Of a stretch of DNA of 64,000 nt, positions 60,026-64,000 are shown piece by piece. How positions within the stretch are numbered: position 1 is the stretch's first letter; every line of letters begins with the position of its first letter. Origin of the DNA: Methanothrix sp. Lineage in GTDB: Archaea > Halobacteriota > Methanosarcinia > Methanotrichales > Methanotrichaceae. The position numbers were made by a program, and so were the translations under genes. The notes under the pieces were generated by a model. That model saw only the letters and a list, made by a program, of their open reading frames with translations. It was not told the origin of the DNA and did no database searches. The stretch is from the NCBI GenBank assembly GCA_040770465.1, contig JAXGJB010000008.1:1-64000 (forward strand). Reading direction: 5' to 3'.

Positions 60026-60676
60026 ATGTCTTGGATCAAGGAGCCTCTGATGACCCGCCCCGAAGATCGAGCGAGGGCAGCCGCCACCATCGACCCCGAG
60101 TCCCTGGATGAGGCCAGGAGAGCGATCGCCGCCAGCTGCCAATTGTTTCTCAAACGGCTCGACCGGCTCGAACGGGGCCTCGCAAACGTCCGGACGGCCC
60201 CGGACGCGGGCCGGTTCGCCAGGGCCCTCTCGATGTACCTTCTCGCCTCTCTCCCCCTGAGACCCGAGACCTGCCCCTTCTGCGTCCAGCATTCCGGCGG
60301 GAACCGCTGCCAGGGTTGCGGCTACGCCGAGACCCACGGCGGGAGGTGCGACGCCGAGACCAGCGCCTTCGGCCAGCTCATCGAATCGGTCTACGACCTC
60401 GCTGGACTGATCCATGCGATCCGGGAGGATCCGCCCGCCGAGGCCGTCGATCCCGAAGATGCGAAGGAGGGGCTGGGAGGATCCATCGCCCGGTCGCGGG
60501 AGGCGGCGGATCGGCTCCTGGCTGAATTGGCCGGGGCCGACGTCACCGGGCTGATGGTGGCGAAGAGGGGTTACATCGGAGCGATCCTGGAGGCGCTGCC
60601 CGCCGGGATCATCGGATCGCAGGAGGTCGATCGGGCCATCGAGGACGTCAAATCGAAGCTGGAGCGGTACTGGTGA
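60026..60676 (+). CDS. Hypothetical protein with Cys cluster
   Basis: CPFC...CQGC.Y...HG.RC; host-like codon usage. Confidence 0.7.
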   Translation: MSWIKEPLMTRPEDRARAAATIDPESLDEARRAIAASCQLFLKRLDRLERGLANVRTAPDAGRFARALSMYLLASLPLRPETCPFCVQHSGGNRCQGCGYAETHGGRCDAETSAFGQLIESVYDLAGLIHAIREDPPAEAVDPEDAKEGLGGSIARSREAADRLLAELAGADVTGLMVAKRGYIGAILEALPAGIIGSQEVDRAIEDVKSKLERYW

Positions 60677-60737
60677 GAAACACTCGCTTGAAAAGCTATA
60701 AATCAAACCTAAGTCAAGATATAGGGAAGGTGTTGTC

Positions 60738-60833
60738 ATGGACATAAAAGAGACCCTCCGCCAGTATCCCTGCATCGTCGTCTTCAGCCTGTTCTTGCTG
60801 ATCATGCTGATCGTGGTATTCTACACCAGATGA
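60738..60833 (+). CDS. Small (31 aa) single-TM peptide, not in ORF track
   Basis: AAAAGCTATAAA promoter, AGGTG RBS; MDIKETLRQYPCIVVFSLFLLIMLIVVFYTR; T-rich tract after stop. Confidence 0.55.
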   Translation: MDIKETLRQYPCIVVFSLFLLIMLIVVFYTR

Positions 60834-60889
60834 CTTCTACTTCTCTTTTCTGGCCTTCAGCCAGCTATTTAAGCTGAGACGTCGAATAT

Positions 60890-61357
60890 ATGACCATGAA
60901 ATGCAGCGAGCCTTGCCGCGGATTCTGTCGCTGGATAGAGACGCTGCCCCATCACAAGAAGTTCGTCCTCAAAAAGGAGGAGCATCCGGAGCTTCCAGGC
61001 TGCTTCAAGGAGACGATCCTCGGCGAGTCGGTCCCCGGCTCGGTCCGCCAGCTCCGGGGGCCCAACGGGTCCCACGTCCACGAGTTCCCCGACCGATGGG
61101 TCCTCCATCGGGACATCGTCGACGCCGAGTCCGACCCCCTGGGCCACCTCCTCAGCGACGCCCCCGAGTACCTCGTCTCGGCCCTGGCGGGGCTGGCGAC
61201 GGGGCTGATAGCGAGAAAGCAGCGGGACGGCAACGGCAAGAACGCCCTCCTCGCCGGATGGTCGATGACCGCCTTCATGCTCCTTCTGGGGAAGATGGGA
61301 AAGACGATCGGTGAGGACGATTCTGAGAACGAGGTCAAAGCGCCCCGCCTCTCCTGA
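60890..61357 (+). CDS. Hypothetical membrane-associated protein
   Basis: HVHEF..W..H.D...DPLGHL..DAPE followed by hydrophobic helices. Confidence 0.7.
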   Translation: MTMKCSEPCRGFCRWIETLPHHKKFVLKKEEHPELPGCFKETILGESVPGSVRQLRGPNGSHVHEFPDRWVLHRDIVDAESDPLGHLLSDAPEYLVSALAGLATGLIARKQRDGNGKNALLAGWSMTAFMLLLGKMGKTIGEDDSENEVKAPRLS

Positions 61358-61483
61358 AGGCGACGGGTGACGGGCGACAGGCAACGTGCGGCGTCGGGGC
61401 TGGGCCACTTCCCCCTCTCAGGCGGTTATCGTCCCGGCTCAGTTTCGTTAATCGAATATGGAAAAGTTTGTGAGGGATAGTCG

Positions 61484-62134
61484 ATGGTGGAGGTCGCAGG
61501 TCTAGTCGCTTACTTCTTCTATGCCTTCGCCTCGGTCTTCATCATCGTGAACCCGGTGGAGGCGACGATGGTCTTCGTCTCCCTCACCCCGGACGCCACC
61601 GCCAGGGAGCGGGCCAGGATCTCCTTTCGGGCGGCTGCTGTCGCCTACGTCGTCGCCCTCCTCTTCGCCCTCAGCGGCGACATGGTCCTCCGGTTCTTCG
61701 GGGCGACCGTAGACTCCCTCCGGGTCGCCGGAGGCATCCTCCTCTTCATCATGGCGATCGAGATGCTGAAGGCGAAGCCCCGAAGGAAGGTGACGGCGGC
61801 CGAGCTGGCGGACGCCAGCGACCGGGAGGACGTCTCGGTCTTCCCCCTGGCGACGCCCCTCCTGACCGGCCCCGGCGCCATCACCACCGTCATCGTCCTG
61901 ATGGGGTCGGCGGCGGGAGCCGTCGAGAAAGGGGCAGTCCTCGTAGCTTTGACGGCGACCTTCGTCGCCACCTACCTGATCCTCAGGTCTTCGGAGTACG
62001 TCGGACGGATCCTGGGAGTGACCGGCATCCTGGTGATGACCAGGATCATGGGCCTCTTGCTCGGAGCCATCGCCGTCAACTTCGTCGCCGTCGGCGCCTG
62101 GAACATCTACTCCGCCATGGCGGGGCTTTCTTGA
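61484..62134 (+). CDS. MarC family membrane protein
   Basis: IIVNP, AGGILLF..AIEML, VFPLATPL..GPGAIT, RIMGLLL. Confidence 0.93.
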   Translation: MVEVAGLVAYFFYAFASVFIIVNPVEATMVFVSLTPDATARERARISFRAAAVAYVVALLFALSGDMVLRFFGATVDSLRVAGGILLFIMAIEMLKAKPRRKVTAAELADASDREDVSVFPLATPLLTGPGAITTVIVLMGSAAGAVEKGAVLVALTATFVATYLILRSSEYVGRILGVTGILVMTRIMGLLLGAIAVNFVAVGAWNIYSAMAGLS

Positions 62135-62163
62135 CGGCTTGATCTCGCGCCGAGCAGCAGTCC

Positions 62164-63372
62164 TTAATCCGTCGGTCTCTCATCCGTCTGGCTCTTATCC
62201 GTCGGGCTCTCGTATCGGGAAGACGGATCCGGGTCTGGGTCCTGCTCCAACGCTCTTCCGACCAGGTCCATCAGGTCGATCACCTCGACCTCGCTATCCG
62301 CATCCCTCAGGTTTCTGATGCAGAGGGGGCAGCAGGATACGATGGCATCTACCCCCGGCGGGACGTCTGAGAGCCTCCGTCTTGCGATCTCGAGGGATAG
62401 GTCCGGGTATCCGGCCCGGACCCCGCCCCCGCCGCCGCAGCACCGGGCGTCCTCCCGGCTGTTCTTCATCTCGACGAGCCGGCAGATCGCCTTTATGACC
62501 TCCCTGGGGGGGTCGTAGATCCCGCAGTGCCGTCCCATGTGGCAGGGGTCGTGGTAGGTGACGGTCAGATCGAGCCGTTTCAGATCCAGCTCCGAGAGGC
62601 GCTCGGCGAGAAACTCGGGGACGCTCAAGACTTCGAGATCCGGCGGGTAGTATTTTTTGAGGGTGGAGTAGCAGCCGGCGCATCCCGTGATTACGGTCTT
62701 CGCCCCGATCCTCCTTATCTGGTCGAGGTTTCTGTCGACGAGCTTTCTCGCGTCCGATCCCGTCCTGATGAGGGGGGAGCCGCAACACTCTTCATCGGGA
62801 AGGAGGGTGACCCCGAACCGGCGGAGGATCTCGAAGGTCTTTTTTGCCACATCGGGGTAGCGGTAAGAGTCGAGGCAGCCGACGAAGTAAACGCTCTCGG
62901 CCCTCTCTTTGACGGCGCCGGGGTCCGGGAGCCAGCCGAGCCGGTCCCCCGGCTCGCCGAAGGTGTTGCCGCTGGCGTTCACCTTCCTCTTCAGCCCGGC
63001 CTGGGCCTCGGTCATGACGCCCTGGGAGACGAGCCTCGTTCGTGCCTTCTGGACGATCTCGGGGGGGTTTGCCCCGGCGGGGCATTTGGCGGCGCAGATC
63101 CCGCAGGTGGTGCAGGTGTTGAGGCTGTCGAGGACGTTGGAGTCGGGGGCGAGCCCTTGGCCGAGGGCCTTGACGACCATCACCCGGCCCCTGGAGTTCC
63201 GAGACTCCCAGCCCAGGATCTCGAAGGCGGGGCAGACCGACCGGCAGGTCCCGCACCGAACGCAGAGCTCGATGGCTCTCGGGTCGATGGAGATCTCGGC
63301 CGAATCGGTCGTCGTCGTCTCGGCCTTTCTCTCGGTCTTCGTCTCCTTCTTCAAATCCTCCGACCCGGTCAT
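62164..63372 (-). CDS. GlcF/HdrD-like Fe-S oxidoreductase with CCG domains
   Basis: CVRCGTCRSVCP, CTTCGIC...CP, YFVGC, CCG, YHDPCH, CCGGGGG; start overlaps the glcD-like stop. Confidence 0.9.
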   Translation of the reverse strand: MTGSEDLKKETKTERKAETTTTDSAEISIDPRAIELCVRCGTCRSVCPAFEILGWESRNSRGRVMVVKALGQGLAPDSNVLDSLNTCTTCGICAAKCPAGANPPEIVQKARTRLVSQGVMTEAQAGLKRKVNASGNTFGEPGDRLGWLPDPGAVKERAESVYFVGCLDSYRYPDVAKKTFEILRRFGVTLLPDEECCGSPLIRTGSDARKLVDRNLDQIRRIGAKTVITGCAGCYSTLKKYYPPDLEVLSVPEFLAERLSELDLKRLDLTVTYHDPCHMGRHCGIYDPPREVIKAICRLVEMKNSREDARCCGGGGGVRAGYPDLSLEIARRRLSDVPPGVDAIVSCCPLCIRNLRDADSEVEVIDLMDLVGRALEQDPDPDPSSRYESPTDKSQTDERPTD

Positions 63373-64000
63373 CCCCTCTCGCCTCCTGGTGTTGGGATTT
63401 CGAGGCCGAGCTTTCCGGGGTTGAGGATCCCCTTCGGATCGAGGGCATCCTTTATCGCCCTCATCACCGACAGCGCCCCGCAGCCGAGCTGTTCGTTCAT
63501 GTACGCCGCCCGGGCCGCCCCGATGCCGTGCTCGGAGCTGACCGTCCCCCCGAGCCGGATCGCCGCCCGGTGGATGGCGTCGGCGGCGGCGAGGAGCCTC
63601 GTCCACTCCTCCGAGTCCAGAACGTCGATGAAGAGGGCGACGTGGAGGTTTCCGTCGCCGATGTGGCCGTACTTCATCGCCGGGAGACGGAACCTCTCGG
63701 TGATCGAGCATATCTCCCGGATCAGGGCCGGGATCTCCTTCATGGGGACGCCGACGTCCTCGCCGACGTAGATCCGGCTCTTGGTCGGGTCGAGGCGGGA
63801 GACGGCCGCTCCGACGAGGCGGCGGGCCGCCCAGATCTCCTCCATCTCGTCCTCGCCCGACGCGATCTCCACCCGCCGGGCCGTCGGCGAGCAGACTGAG
63901 GCGATCTCCCCGGCCAGCTCGGCGGTCGAATGATCGGTCCCGTCCACCTCGAATAAGATGACGTCGCCGTCAGGAGGCAGGGCGAGAGCGGGGTCGCACC
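63369..64000 (-). CDS. GlcD-like FAD-linked oxidase, C-terminal part
   Basis: W.ARR, EDVGVP, GHIGDGNLH, GGTVSSEHGIG, K..LDPKGILNPGK. Confidence 0.92.
   Translation of the reverse strand, partial: CDPALALPPDGDVILFEVDGTDHSTAELAGEIASVCSPTARRVEIASGEDEMEEIWAARRLVGAAVSRLDPTKSRIYVGEDVGVPMKEIPALIREICSITERFRLPAMKYGHIGDGNLHVALFIDVLDSEEWTRLLAAADAIHRAAIRLGGTVSSEHGIGAARAAYMNEQLGCGALSVMRAIKDALDPKGILNPGKLGLEIPTPGGERG

Noticed and set aside
63373-63711. N-terminal extension of the 515-aa Fe-S ORF
   Set aside because: Alternative frame of the glcD-like gene; likely start is 63372

Overview
A GC-rich archaeal chromosomal window. The archaeal 16S 5' end, split tgtA/arcS, aIF5A and archaeal BRE/TATA promoters point to a Methanosarcinales/Methanotrichales methanogen; Methanothrix/Methanocrinis-like is an inference. 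It holds the 5' end of a 16S rRNA gene with three tandem promoters, aconitase and archaeosine genes. A formate/redox/nitrogen cluster comprises FdhC, an NfnB/SudA-like subunit, Fdh alpha, an NfnA/SudB-like subunit with degenerate pyridine-nucleotide motifs, GDH and an FMN glutamate synthase-like gene. Also present are a stand-alone HMG-CoA synthase, metal/stress genes, a hydantoinase-deacetylase pair, several mostly orphan antitoxins, Mrr and a complete bacterial-type N-ATPase operon. Three ISL3 copies occur; their flanks suggest a 31-kb inversion (14340-45347) and a second rearrangement at 13163. The best candidate for an undescribed system is the Fdh-Nfn-FdhC module. Several small ORFs below the 60-aa track cutoff were found by hand. 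No CRISPR array or tRNA was seen. All family assignments come from motif recognition, not database searches.
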